Made by a program: the position numbers and the translations under genes | The notes under the pieces: generated by a model | Told to the model about the DNA's origin: nothing | Seen by the model: the letters and a program-made list of their open reading frames with translations, nothing else | Database searches by the model: none | Part shown: in pieces, positions 50,354 to 60,448 of the stretch | Layout of the letters: every line of letters begins with the position of its first letter | Position numbering within the stretch: position 1 is the first letter of the stretch | Virus record (IMG/VR): IMGVR_UViG_3300032167_000006 | From: a virus | Taxonomy: Duplodnaviria > Caudoviricetes | DNA length: 64,000 nt | Reading direction: 5' to 3' (one strand)

Positions 50354-51520
50354 ATGAAAGATACCAAAGCAATACTTACCGAAGCATATCCAGTTATAGA
50401 AGCTGGCTTAAAAAAGAATACTACTAAATATAAAAAATTCTTATCAGATTATATGAATAAAAATTCTGATATTTTATATTCTACAATACCGTCAAAACAG
50501 TTGTATTTCTCGCAAGAAGATTGTGATAATTATTTTAAATCTATTGATGTAAATCCTGGCATTGTAAAAAATGCAATAAGCCATACATATTACTATGATA
50601 TTAGCAATTTCAATCCTAGATATGCTAAAGATGAAACTACAATAGCATTAATATGTACTGTAAGATACTTTATGTTACACAATATGAAAAAAGAGTTAGA
50701 ATTAGCTCTTATTAATATTGCATGTAGTGGTAAATATTATCCTAGTATATGGCATGGATCATTCCAAGTTACAGCTCCAAATGAGCATATTATGGAATAT
50801 GCTATAACACATCTAGCAACAAACAAATTTGAAATTGTTCGTGAAGGTTCAGTTGTAGGAGCACTTAAATCTATAGCTGCGACATGGGTGAATACATATA
50901 AAACTAAATTTAAAGAATTTCATGATGATGATGTTGTATATGTAGTACAGCAATTACATAATAGACTACGTTCCTTTATGAATAATATCGCTAGTTTATA
51001 TTATGAAGCTAATAAAAATAAAGATATTTATATAACTTATGATTCGGATGATGTAGGTGAAGATAATTACCATATGGCTGATTCTGATTCGTTGCTTATA
51101 GATAGATACGTAAATGCCACAATGAATTATATTAATTCACATGGGTTAAATTATAAGATATGCAAATTAGCGTCAAATGATCTTGTTAAGTTTGATGAGC
51201 TTAAAGGTATAATAGATATGCTTACTAGAGAAAAAAATAATATTCCGATAATTAAAGAATATATTACTCTCATGATAACTAACTATTATATGGATAGTGG
51301 TAAGAAAAATATAGAAGATATTGAATTTGTTTCATATTCTATATCCCCTAAACCTAATTCTAAAAATGCTTACCATCTTAGGCAAAAAGAGCTATCTGAG
51401 AAGCTTCTTATTAACAATGCAGCTAATTTTAGTAGACGCCGCAGTAGAGGCGCTACCGAGTCCGCATATTTCCGTGCTTTTAATGCATACTTTGCTCTAC
51501 TCATACAGGAAGCCAATTAA
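50354..51520 (+). CDS. Hypothetical protein (late-type promoter)
   Basis: 388 aa, GGGAGG SD, GACA-N6-TA at 50319-50330. Confidence 0.8.
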   Translation: MKDTKAILTEAYPVIEAGLKKNTTKYKKFLSDYMNKNSDILYSTIPSKQLYFSQEDCDNYFKSIDVNPGIVKNAISHTYYYDISNFNPRYAKDETTIALICTVRYFMLHNMKKELELALINIACSGKYYPSIWHGSFQVTAPNEHIMEYAITHLATNKFEIVREGSVVGALKSIAATWVNTYKTKFKEFHDDDVVYVVQQLHNRLRSFMNNIASLYYEANKNKDIYITYDSDDVGEDNYHMADSDSLLIDRYVNATMNYINSHGLNYKICKLASNDLVKFDELKGIIDMLTREKNNIPIIKEYITLMITNYYMDSGKKNIEDIEFVSYSISPKPNSKNAYHLRQKELSEKLLINNAANFSRRRSRGATESAYFRAFNAYFALLIQEAN

Positions 51521-51535
51521 AAACAAAAAATAAAT

Positions 51536-51560
51536 ACCGGTAGGGATTATCCCTACCGGT
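51536..51560. terminator. Bidirectional terminator
   Basis: ACCGGTAGGGA / TCCCTACCGGT. Confidence 0.75.
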
Positions 51561-51568
51561 TATATTAT

Positions 51569-52150
51569 TTACCATAAAATATCTTTATAATGAGTATTCA
51601 TATATTGCATAAACTTATCAATTTTAAATCTTGTATCAAAGCTTAAAGGTAACTTATTACCTTTAGCATTCCAATATTCAAAAGTTGAAGAATTAAAATG
51701 TTTACTCATAGCCATCCAATCACATAACATTTCGATTATATAAATATCCGGCATATCAAGTATAACAATTTCTTTATTTTCTTCAACCAACACCCAATAC
51801 ATTGGATGATGAGGATTACTATGAACATGATGTAGCCACGCATAATTAAATTTAGATTTAATTTTTTCTTTATCTTCTTCTATACCTAAGATTGGATAAA
51901 ATTTATTTGCATAAGCTTCAAATTCATATTCACTATATTTAGATAAATCGTGATAACGTATATTATTTATTAGAGAAGTATGCTTAACATCATATGCATA
52001 TACAGAAGGAAAGATTTCTTTAAAACATTTCACATATTCAAAATAACAAAATTCAACATTCTTAATATGTTCATTTATATATTCTGAATATCTATTACGC
52101 TGTTCTTCTTTATCTTTTGTATAAATTATTTTATTTGGCATAAGGATCAT
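51569..52150 (-). CDS. HD-superfamily phosphohydrolase-like protein (DUF5662-like)
   Basis: H...HDLSK, HH..NPHH, EMLCDW. Confidence 0.65.
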   Translation of the reverse strand: MILMPNKIIYTKDKEEQRNRYSEYINEHIKNVEFCYFEYVKCFKEIFPSVYAYDVKHTSLINNIRYHDLSKYSEYEFEAYANKFYPILGIEEDKEKIKSKFNYAWLHHVHSNPHHPMYWVLVEENKEIVILDMPDIYIIEMLCDWMAMSKHFNSSTFEYWNAKGNKLPLSFDTRFKIDKFMQYMNTHYKDILW

Positions 52151-52331
52151 TCCTCCCGTCTATTTTAATTATTTTACCGCAATTATCGCATCTATATACT
52201 CGTACTGAATATAATATAGTAACTGAACGTCCATATCTATCTATAGCTTTATCACACTCTGCATAATATCCTATTTCAGTTGCTTTCTGATGAAGACAGA
52301 AAAGCCTTTTCAATAGTTGTTTAAACTTCAT
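52131..52331 (-). CDS. Small Zn-binding hypothetical protein
   Basis: LFCLH...CDNCG. Confidence 0.6.
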   Translation of the reverse strand: MKFKQLLKRLFCLHQKATEIGYYAECDKAIDRYGRSVTILYSVRVYRCDNCGKIIKIDGRNDPYAK

Positions 52332-53016
52332 TAATATTTCCTTCCTTTTCCACTTTCTTAACCATAACTAAATGAGCTAAATATACTGGATCATCTCCAG
52401 GTAGAAAATCTACTTCTTCTTCATGCATGTCTTCATAATAATCAACCTCATTAACAACATAGTCTTCAAATTGATCTTTTGTCATACTGGTATTTGGATA
52501 ATCTGCTTTGACTTCTTCATATGAATTATAATTATCTAAATATATAAGATTATAATCAAGACACTCATCTTTAACTAAAATACCAGAACAAATTTTATAA
52601 TGTTCTTGAAAAGCCATTCCAGGTTCTTGCGACCACAATTCTATTTCTAATTGTAATCTTTTAGATTCTTTTAAAAGAGTGCTACCATAATGCTCGCCTG
52701 GATGATCATGTTCAAACTGCATGAAGTATGACCAAGGACCACCCATCATACATGAACTAACAGACCATGCACATTCAAAATCAATAGATACACATTTATA
52801 TATTCCACTATTCCAATGCTCATCAAATTTATATGCTGAGAATACCCTAAAGAAATGTGGTATATGCGTAAAGTTTTTAGGATCTACACACCAACTATAA
52901 TCATAATTATTTTTATCTTTATAATATGAATAGTTAGCATCTAATATTTTTAATAATTCATCAACGCAATCGGCACGACCTCTAACGTTCATGAAACCAG
53001 TACATATATTTGGCAT
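52321..53016 (-). CDS. Hypothetical protein (YubB/ferredoxin-like fold possible)
   Basis: MPNIC...G and FECAWS, EPG motifs; C-terminal LVMVKKV. Confidence 0.6.
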   Translation of the reverse strand: MPNICTGFMNVRGRADCVDELLKILDANYSYYKDKNNYDYSWCVDPKNFTHIPHFFRVFSAYKFDEHWNSGIYKCVSIDFECAWSVSSCMMGGPWSYFMQFEHDHPGEHYGSTLLKESKRLQLEIELWSQEPGMAFQEHYKICSGILVKDECLDYNLIYLDNYNSYEEVKADYPNTSMTKDQFEDYVVNEVDYYEDMHEEEVDFLPGDDPVYLAHLVMVKKVEKEGNINEV

Positions 53017-53034
53017 AATAACACCTTCTTTATA

Positions 53035-53616
53035 TTAATTACCTAATCTTTCATTGATACATTCATGTATAATACATCTTAAATCTCTTCCATCATAATA
53101 TGGAGTTGAATTTATTGTATTGCCTACTAAACGTTCTCTTATTCTTTCTTTCATATCATTTGCATATCCAGTAATAGAATATTCTACTAAATCATTAGCT
53201 ATCTTGTCAATACGCTCTTGATAGTCGGTTGAAGTAACTATTTCTTCTACCTTTTTAATCAATTCTTCTTTAATACGTTCATTAAATCTATTTTTAATCA
53301 TCTCTCCTATAGATGGTTCTGTTACATTACCCCAAGAATTTTTCTTGCCTTCTGTGATAACTTTTATTTCTTTTGATATACCTTCAGTGTAATCATATCT
53401 AGATTGCTTTGTGAATAAATCATTTGATATAAAATCCATTAATCTTTGCATATCTTCAGATGATAACTGAGCTATATATTGTTCAGCTAACATATTGCCC
53501 ATAGTTTTAGATAGGTCTATATTAATACCCATCATATTAATTTTTCCTGCGGTTTCACCTCTGGTTACTCCCATTTGTTCTAATTGTTCTTTGTCATAAA
53601 TAACATTGTTCTCCAT
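53035..53616 (-). CDS. Hypothetical protein
   Basis: 193 aa ORF. Confidence 0.75.
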   Translation of the reverse strand: MENNVIYDKEQLEQMGVTRGETAGKINMMGINIDLSKTMGNMLAEQYIAQLSSEDMQRLMDFISNDLFTKQSRYDYTEGISKEIKVITEGKKNSWGNVTEPSIGEMIKNRFNERIKEELIKKVEEIVTSTDYQERIDKIANDLVEYSITGYANDMKERIRERLVGNTINSTPYYDGRDLRCIIHECINERLGN

Positions 53617-53700
53617 AGTTATTATTCCTTTCTATTTTTATTCATAATTATAATATACTATTGTATTACTTTTTAGTAAAAAATAAAATAAAAATTAATA

Positions 53701-53724
53701 GAGGTAGGGATCACTCCCTACCTC
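53701..53724 (-). terminator. Intrinsic terminator hairpin
   Basis: GAGGTAGGGA / TCCCTACCTC after the gyrA stop. Confidence 0.75.
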
Positions 53725-53729
53725 ATATT

Positions 53730-56093
53730 TTATTTTCTAATAAGTTCTGCTTTAATTACTCCATCTTTACAGAGTTTAACACCCTGGCTTACACTTGAAC
53801 CATAAGGAATACTATCAGTATCTATTTCTAATACTTCATCTGCTCTTACTACACGAATAGTACTATTACCTGCACAAGAGAATATATTTAAAATATAATC
53901 ACCCTTATTAAGTTTGATAACTTTACTACCTGCTTTGTTACGAGCACTTCTTTCAAATGCAGCCTGAGATATTTTATTAAATCTACCTTTAGCTGTAACT
54001 ACAACTACATCTTTTGTATCCGATGTAACAACTGAAATACCATCAATTGTTTCTGTAGTTTTCATAGCTTGATTACCAAGTGTAGATCTCTTTAAATAAG
54101 GAATCTGTTCAATTGGCATTCTTAAAGCTTTAGATTTTGTATATACAATAACATCAGATTTTTGATTTGCTATAAGAATATCACAAACCATATCATTAGC
54201 ATTAAGCTTAGAATAAATAATACCAGACGGTGTAGCATTAAGCACATCATCTATATCCATTCTCTTGATTAAACCATTCTTAGTTACTGTAACTACAAAA
54301 TACTTAGAACCTTTATTCTGTAAGTGTTCAAGTATCGGTAAATACATTACAGAAATGATATTACTTGTAAGCTTCTTAAGGATAAGACGAATATCCAATC
54401 CAGGACTGTTCTTATCTGTAAAAGCAATCTTATGTACAGGTAATCTAAATACTTTACCCATCTGATCGAATAATAAAATATCTTTACTATTATCAGCAAT
54501 AATAATACATTTAGCATTATCGCCTTTAACAGTTTTAATAGGATCATTTATTTGAAGTTTCTTAATATAATTCTGTTCTGTTACAACTAATTTAAATTCA
54601 CCTTCGGGTATATTAGATGCTTCAGATTCAGAAATAAGAATGCTCTGTCTGGGTTTACCATATTTAGCTTTAATTTCAAGAAGCTCTTGTTCAATTTCTT
54701 GATCAATAAGTTTTTCATTTGTAATTATATTTATATAATTATTTACATCTGCAAATAATCTAGCTTGTTCTTCTTTATACTTATTAAGATGACCTTTAGA
54801 AAGTCTACCAATTTCAGTATGAAGAACGAATTTGGCCTGAAGGTCTGTAATCTTAAGTTTCTTCATAAGCCAATCTACAAGATATCCTTCATCCATAGAT
54901 GCCTGATTACGAATCATACGTATAATATTTTCTACGTCACCAGATTCAAGAATCTTAATATATGTATCAAGCTGATGTAATCTTGTTTCCGCTTTCTGTA
55001 ATCTAAAATTATATAAACGGAATTTAACAGATCTACGAAACTCTAAGAAATATGCAATATATGCTTTATAACTAATACGACTTACATCTGTCTCATTAAT
55101 TACCTGCATATTAATTCTCTTAGTATCCTGAAGAGGAGTATTCTTATAAAGAACCTGTTTTACATAATTAGGATCTGAACCTCTCTTAAGGATAATATGA
55201 ATATCAAGTTGATTTTCTGTAGAATGATCTTGTATGTCTGCAATCTGAACAAGTTTCTTATCTTTAATAAGATTCTCAATCTTTTCAGCTATGCTATCAT
55301 AGAAGATCAAATCAGGTGTAGATAAAATATGTAATGTATCTATTCCTGTTTTTGGATTATGCTCTATATTAATTATACCACGTTCAATATAATAACCATA
55401 ACCAGTATTACTTATTTTCTTCCAGTCTGTATCAATAACTTCACATTTTTGACATGGGTCAGGAATAAGTATTACCTTAGCTTTAGGATCATGTAATACT
55501 GCAATAGTTGCATCTATAACATCATTAAGACTATGCTTAGGACTCTCTATACGGCTACCAATTGCAATACCAAAACATCCATTAACTAAAAGAAGCGGAA
55601 CCTTTACAGGTAAGCACTCTGGTTCTTTAGTATGATTATCAAATGTATTCTGCCAGTCAACTACATCTCTTACTTCTTGTAAATCTCCTATAACACAATC
55701 CATAGAAAATTTAGATAAATAAGCTTCAGTATAACGCATAGCTGCCTGAGGACCACCCTGAAGTGAACCTGAGTTTGAGTCATAATTAATAAGAGGCACT
55801 TTTATTTCGAACCAGTTTGTTAATGCTTTCATACTTCCGTATACAGCATCCTGTGAATGCGGATGGTATTTAGCTATAACAAGACCTACGGTATTTGCTG
55901 ATTTACGTTTTGTATTTACCGAAATGCATCCAACGTCATTCCACATAGCATACAAGGTTCTTCTTTGACCTGGTTTAAGACCATCTCTAATATCTGGCGT
56001 ATATCTATCATATAAAATATATAATGAATATCTAGCCATGTTTTCCATATAAGCTTTACGCGAATCTATCTGAATAATATTATCATTAGCCAT
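53730..56093 (-). CDS. gyrA: Type IIA topoisomerase subunit A (GyrA/ParC)
   Basis: DGLKPGQRR, YHPH, AAMRYTE catalytic Tyr, beta-pinwheel repeats. Confidence 0.9.
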   Translation of the reverse strand: MANDNIIQIDSRKAYMENMARYSLYILYDRYTPDIRDGLKPGQRRTLYAMWNDVGCISVNTKRKSANTVGLVIAKYHPHSQDAVYGSMKALTNWFEIKVPLINYDSNSGSLQGGPQAAMRYTEAYLSKFSMDCVIGDLQEVRDVVDWQNTFDNHTKEPECLPVKVPLLLVNGCFGIAIGSRIESPKHSLNDVIDATIAVLHDPKAKVILIPDPCQKCEVIDTDWKKISNTGYGYYIERGIINIEHNPKTGIDTLHILSTPDLIFYDSIAEKIENLIKDKKLVQIADIQDHSTENQLDIHIILKRGSDPNYVKQVLYKNTPLQDTKRINMQVINETDVSRISYKAYIAYFLEFRRSVKFRLYNFRLQKAETRLHQLDTYIKILESGDVENIIRMIRNQASMDEGYLVDWLMKKLKITDLQAKFVLHTEIGRLSKGHLNKYKEEQARLFADVNNYINIITNEKLIDQEIEQELLEIKAKYGKPRQSILISESEASNIPEGEFKLVVTEQNYIKKLQINDPIKTVKGDNAKCIIIADNSKDILLFDQMGKVFRLPVHKIAFTDKNSPGLDIRLILKKLTSNIISVMYLPILEHLQNKGSKYFVVTVTKNGLIKRMDIDDVLNATPSGIIYSKLNANDMVCDILIANQKSDVIVYTKSKALRMPIEQIPYLKRSTLGNQAMKTTETIDGISVVTSDTKDVVVVTAKGRFNKISQAAFERSARNKAGSKVIKLNKGDYILNIFSCAGNSTIRVVRADEVLEIDTDSIPYGSSVSQGVKLCKDGVIKAELIRK

Positions 56094-56237
56094 AACTTAT
56101 ATATCCTCCTTAATTAATACTTTTAATTATGAGTTACTTCTTATGTAACTTCTTAATTATAATATATTATTTTAATTAATTTTACATAAGAATTCCGGAG
56201 TAGTTTAAACTACTCCGGAGTAAAGGTTTAATATATT

Positions 56238-56696
56238 TTAATCTTCGGAGGGAATCTCTTCTACAGCTTCTTCACAAGGTGTAAGATTAAATTTAGTAAT
56301 AGTTTTTAATCCGCCTTCTCTAAATGTGGTAAAAATAGGCTCGATAATAAACTCTTTATACATCTTTGTATATTCTACAAAGTTGTTATAAATAACAACA
56401 GTAAACTCTGTTGCATTAGCATCATAATCACGAATATATCCGATTGTAGATACACGTGTATCATCTGCATCTGTAGTTGTATGATCAATCAAACTTCTAT
56501 AAGCAGTAAGCGAAATAGAAATTTTATTAAACAAAGTGTTAGCGAGAACATCCATAATTTCAGTATGAAGATTCTCATCCACATTTGCAGGTAAGCCAAG
56601 CTTCACTTTAAGTTCACACAGAACTTTTTTAGGTTTATTGCTGTTAAAAGGTTTTTTAGTTTTCTGATTAAAATTGCTCATATAAGAGTCCTCCAT
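56238..56696 (-). CDS. Hypothetical protein between the topoisomerase subunits
   Basis: About 150 aa, flanked by terminators. Confidence 0.7.
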   Translation of the reverse strand: MEDSYMSNFNQKTKKPFNSNKPKKVLCELKVKLGLPANVDENLHTEIMDVLANTLFNKISISLTAYRSLIDHTTTDADDTRVSTIGYIRDYDANATEFTVVIYNNFVEYTKMYKEFIIEPIFTTFREGGLKTITKFNLTPCEEAVEEIPSED

Positions 56697-56785
56697 TGAA
56701 AATTAATTATAAGAATTATTTTAAATTCTAGTAATTTAATGTACGTGGTACAGTTAAATATTTACATTTTTAAATAAAAAATAAA

Positions 56786-56814
56786 ATACCGATAGGAATT
56801 TATCCTATCGGTAT
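56786..56814 (-). terminator. Intrinsic terminator hairpin
   Basis: ATACCGATAGGA / TCCTATCGGTAT after the gyrB stop. Confidence 0.75.
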
Positions 56815-56819
56815 ATTTT

Positions 56820-59129
56820 TTAAACAATATCTTCTTTACGTATTTTAATGCCTCTTGAGAAGATTGCTTTATCACTTTGTAATTCTGTGAAATACTTAAG
56901 TTCTTTCTTACAATCTTCGATGGTATATTGTTTAAGAGTACGTCCCATTCCTGGTAATACTGTAGATTCTCCTAACATCTTAGGAGGCATTTCGCCGAGA
57001 CCTTTATATCTAGTAAGATTCTTAGGTTCAAATTCATTAAATAAATTCATCAATCCAAGTAATGTCATTTTTTGACCATTGACCATATAGAATTTATCAG
57101 AGTTATTAATCATATCTATAAGTCTAGCACAGTCTGCAAACATACGTTGATTACAAAATACTGTTTGGAATCTAGAACCTACAAGACCTCTTAATATAAT
57201 AACTCCATTTTCTTTAGAAACCTTAACAAATTTAAATTGCTTTTCTATAGCAGTTTTAAATTTAGCAGAATCAATACCAAGATCTAAATTATATAAAATG
57301 AATTCCATTAACGAATGGTCTATTGCGTATGTAGAACATACATGATTCATATATTTTATATAATCTATATTATCATAAAGAATTTTTGTAATTTGCTGCT
57401 TACTATAAGCTTTATTTTTAATATCTGCAACTACATTTTCTTTACAGAATACAGATTGTACATACTCTACATATGCTATATTATTTTCAAAGAATTTCAT
57501 TTTATTCTTTCCTACAGATACGCCATATAATGGTGGATTAGCTGCATATAATTTACCCTGTTCTATAACGAAAGGTAAATATCTAAGAAACAATCCAAAT
57601 ACCAGACACTGGATATGAGAACCATCAGCGTCACCATCGGCAGCTATAACTACTTTAGATGGTTTAAATTGTTCTGGATCAAATTTCTTTTGATAGCCAT
57701 TATAACCACAGATTTTGAAAATAGAAGCTACTTCTTCATTTTCAAAGAAACGTTTTGTAGGTGTTGTAAAAGCATTAATAATTTTACCACGTATGGGAAA
57801 TACTGACTGTGTTGCTTTATCTCTATTATTTTCCATAGCTGAGGCGCAAGAATCACCTTCAACTATCCAGAACTCAAAAGGACCTTTACCATTTGGTTTC
57901 TTATATTTAGCAGGCATTCCACTAACTACAGAAGCAGTATATTTATCAGACATTTTTATTTTTTCATTATCTGATTTCATACGAATTTCACATACCTCTT
58001 TAAGGTATTTACAAATCTTCTGCAATTCATTAGGACTGCTTTGTGCCCAGTTTTCAAGCGCTTTTAAAGTTACGTTATAGATATAAGGTTTCATATCTTC
58101 TTTAGAAAAGATTTCTTTTGACTGTCCTGTGAACATCGGATTTACGTGGAATATACTTATTACAGCACGTAAACCTGTTCTTATATCCTGTGCATTTACC
58201 TGAAGTTTTTTGTTATTCACTAAATATATTTTGTTCATATAATCACGAAAATATTTAATGATAGCATCCAAAAAGCCGTCGATATGAGTACCTGCCGAAG
58301 TCGGGCACATATTCGCAAAGCCCAATATTTTTGGGTCGTCCATATTGGCAATATCATATGAAAACAAAACTTCTGCTTTCATAGTTCCATTATCTTCAGT
58401 AAAATATATTGGATTGAAAACCTTTTTCTCACATATGCTATCCATTAGTTCAAGTATGCCATTTTTATTTTCTATGACAACTTTTCTTGTTCTACCCATA
58501 GAATCAATAGCATTAAATAAAACACGTGTTCCAGGGCGACATAAATGAGTAATAAGCCATGTTAGATTTTGAATTTCATCTACCGTAACTGTTATTTGTC
58601 CCATCATATTAGATGGGCAAAATGATGTGATAAGACCATGCTTATCTTTTTTAGGTTTTATAGTTTGTAATCCTTTAGAGTTGATTCTACCCTCTTCAAA
58701 TTCAACCTTACCAGCTGTACCATCAGGTCTATAAGATTCAACTACAAAGAATTTAGATAAATAGTTTGTAATAGTAGCACCCATACCATTCTTACCAGAA
58801 CTGTATTCGCCGCTACCTTCTTTTTTATCATAGTTTGATGATGAATGCAATACAGAGAATACAGGCACAAGCATATTTATTTCAATACCTTGACCATTGT
58901 CTTCTATAATACATGTATGAGATCTTTCATCGAAAGATATAATGATATTTTTATCAAGAGTGTTACCCTTAATAATTTCATCAAGTGAGTTTTGTACAAT
59001 CTCTCTGTACATATTTAAAAATCCAGCATTGCCGAGAGCACCAATATACACATCTGGTAATTTTCGCACCGCCTCTACTGGGTCATCTATAATTTGTATT
59101 TTCTTTTGCTGTTTAGGCATCTCAGCCAT
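56820..59129 (-). CDS. gyrB: Type IIA topoisomerase subunit B (GyrB/ParE)
   Basis: EIVQNSLDE, DNGQGI, GKNGMG (GHKL); EGDS, PIRGK, DGDADGSHI (TOPRIM); RYKGLGEM. Confidence 0.92.
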   Translation of the reverse strand: MAEMPKQQKKIQIIDDPVEAVRKLPDVYIGALGNAGFLNMYREIVQNSLDEIIKGNTLDKNIIISFDERSHTCIIEDNGQGIEINMLVPVFSVLHSSSNYDKKEGSGEYSSGKNGMGATITNYLSKFFVVESYRPDGTAGKVEFEEGRINSKGLQTIKPKKDKHGLITSFCPSNMMGQITVTVDEIQNLTWLITHLCRPGTRVLFNAIDSMGRTRKVVIENKNGILELMDSICEKKVFNPIYFTEDNGTMKAEVLFSYDIANMDDPKILGFANMCPTSAGTHIDGFLDAIIKYFRDYMNKIYLVNNKKLQVNAQDIRTGLRAVISIFHVNPMFTGQSKEIFSKEDMKPYIYNVTLKALENWAQSSPNELQKICKYLKEVCEIRMKSDNEKIKMSDKYTASVVSGMPAKYKKPNGKGPFEFWIVEGDSCASAMENNRDKATQSVFPIRGKIINAFTTPTKRFFENEEVASIFKICGYNGYQKKFDPEQFKPSKVVIAADGDADGSHIQCLVFGLFLRYLPFVIEQGKLYAANPPLYGVSVGKNKMKFFENNIAYVEYVQSVFCKENVVADIKNKAYSKQQITKILYDNIDYIKYMNHVCSTYAIDHSLMEFILYNLDLGIDSAKFKTAIEKQFKFVKVSKENGVIILRGLVGSRFQTVFCNQRMFADCARLIDMINNSDKFYMVNGQKMTLLGLMNLFNEFEPKNLTRYKGLGEMPPKMLGESTVLPGMGRTLKQYTIEDCKKELKYFTELQSDKAIFSRGIKIRKEDIV

Positions 59130-59199
59130 AATAACACTCCCTTTCTGAACATTGATTATTTAATCGTTTGTTTCATTATAAAAAATAATTTAGTTATAC

Positions 59200-59274
59200 T
59201 GGCTGGGGTAGCTGGGCTCGAACCAGCGAATGTAGGAGTCAAAGTCCTATGCCTTACCGCTTGGCTATACCCCA
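59200..59274 (-). tRNA. tRNA-Gln(TTG)
   Basis: TGGGGTATAGCCAAGCGGTAAGGCA TAGGA-CT-TTG-AC-TCCTA...GTTCGAGCC...CCA. Confidence 0.95.
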
Positions 59275-59345
59275 GTATAACTAGAGCAGAGGAAATTACT
59301 CCTCTGCTCTTCATTATTTTTTATTAGGTTTATGTGTTATTGATC

Positions 59346-60281
59346 TTAGAGCTCAATCTTTGTCTCTGTTGTTACAGTACCATCTGCTGCAGGAGCTGAT
59401 GCTGTTGCCTGCTGTACAGGTGCCTGCTGTGCAGGAGCCTGAGCCTGAGGTGCAGCATATACAGGAGCGCCATAAGGAGCTACTGTACCACCCATCATCA
59501 TATTAGCCTGTGATACAAACTGCTGATTGGGAGCCATAGGATTTACTCCATATGTAGGTGCTTGCATGGGATTAACATTTGCGTTTGCAGGCATGCCGTT
59601 GGGAACATAGCCCTGGGGAGCCTGATTGTAATATCCCTGGTTAGCTGCAGGTGCCTGACCATAATAACCCTGTGCCGGAGCTGCATATCCAACTGAAGGA
59701 ACGCCTGCACCAAAGAGGCTATTATACATACCGTAGATATTTGTATCTGCAGCATTGTACATACCACGTGCGCTGTAATACTTATTGAAAGTATTCATTG
59801 CATATTCGTGAATATCAGGATACTTCATAAGAAGCGGCATAAGAGTAAAGAGCTCTCTTGTGAGATCTACAGGAAGATCACCAGCCCATTTAGCATTCTG
59901 CATTTGATCGATGAGCTCAGTTACAAGAGCTTCAACTTCTTCTTTTGTCTTCATATCGGGCTTCCATCTAGCACCGCAGATAGGACAAAATACATCGCCG
60001 CTACCATCTGATACCTGCATAACTACATCGCGACCCTTATCTTTATGGGTACACATTGAGCGAAGTACGTCATTGCGATCAATCGATAACACAATGTTGC
60101 TTGTCGGACGAGCATTCTTAAGAATCTGAATTTCCTCGTCTGTCAAAGCATTCTGGTTTGCAGGAGTAGGAATCTGACTAAATCCCATTGCATTGTAACC
60201 AAACATATTAGGATCGTAGTTACCGTAATAGGGTTGTCCTGCTGCCTGCTGCTGTCCGTAGTAATAATTGTTCATGTCCAT
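59346..60281 (-). CDS. Zn-finger protein with Q/N/Y/G/A/P-rich low-complexity arms
   Basis: CTH...CPICG core flanked by prion-like tracts; GGAGG SD. Confidence 0.8.
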   Translation of the reverse strand: MDMNNYYYGQQQAAGQPYYGNYDPNMFGYNAMGFSQIPTPANQNALTDEEIQILKNARPTSNIVLSIDRNDVLRSMCTHKDKGRDVVMQVSDGSGDVFCPICGARWKPDMKTKEEVEALVTELIDQMQNAKWAGDLPVDLTRELFTLMPLLMKYPDIHEYAMNTFNKYYSARGMYNAADTNIYGMYNSLFGAGVPSVGYAAPAQGYYGQAPAANQGYYNQAPQGYVPNGMPANANVNPMQAPTYGVNPMAPNQQFVSQANMMMGGTVAPYGAPVYAAPQAQAPAQQAPVQQATASAPAADGTVTTETKIEL

Positions 60282-60448
60282 TTTTGTTACCTCCGTTTAA
60301 AATTTTATAATATAATAAAATGGATACCAATTGAGTATAGAGCACCACCTCTATACTCAACTATGATATACAATTACTTTTTTGTTTAAGCTAGTATAAA
60401 TTTATACTTAAACTTTATGTAATTGTTAAATCATTAATAATAAAATTA

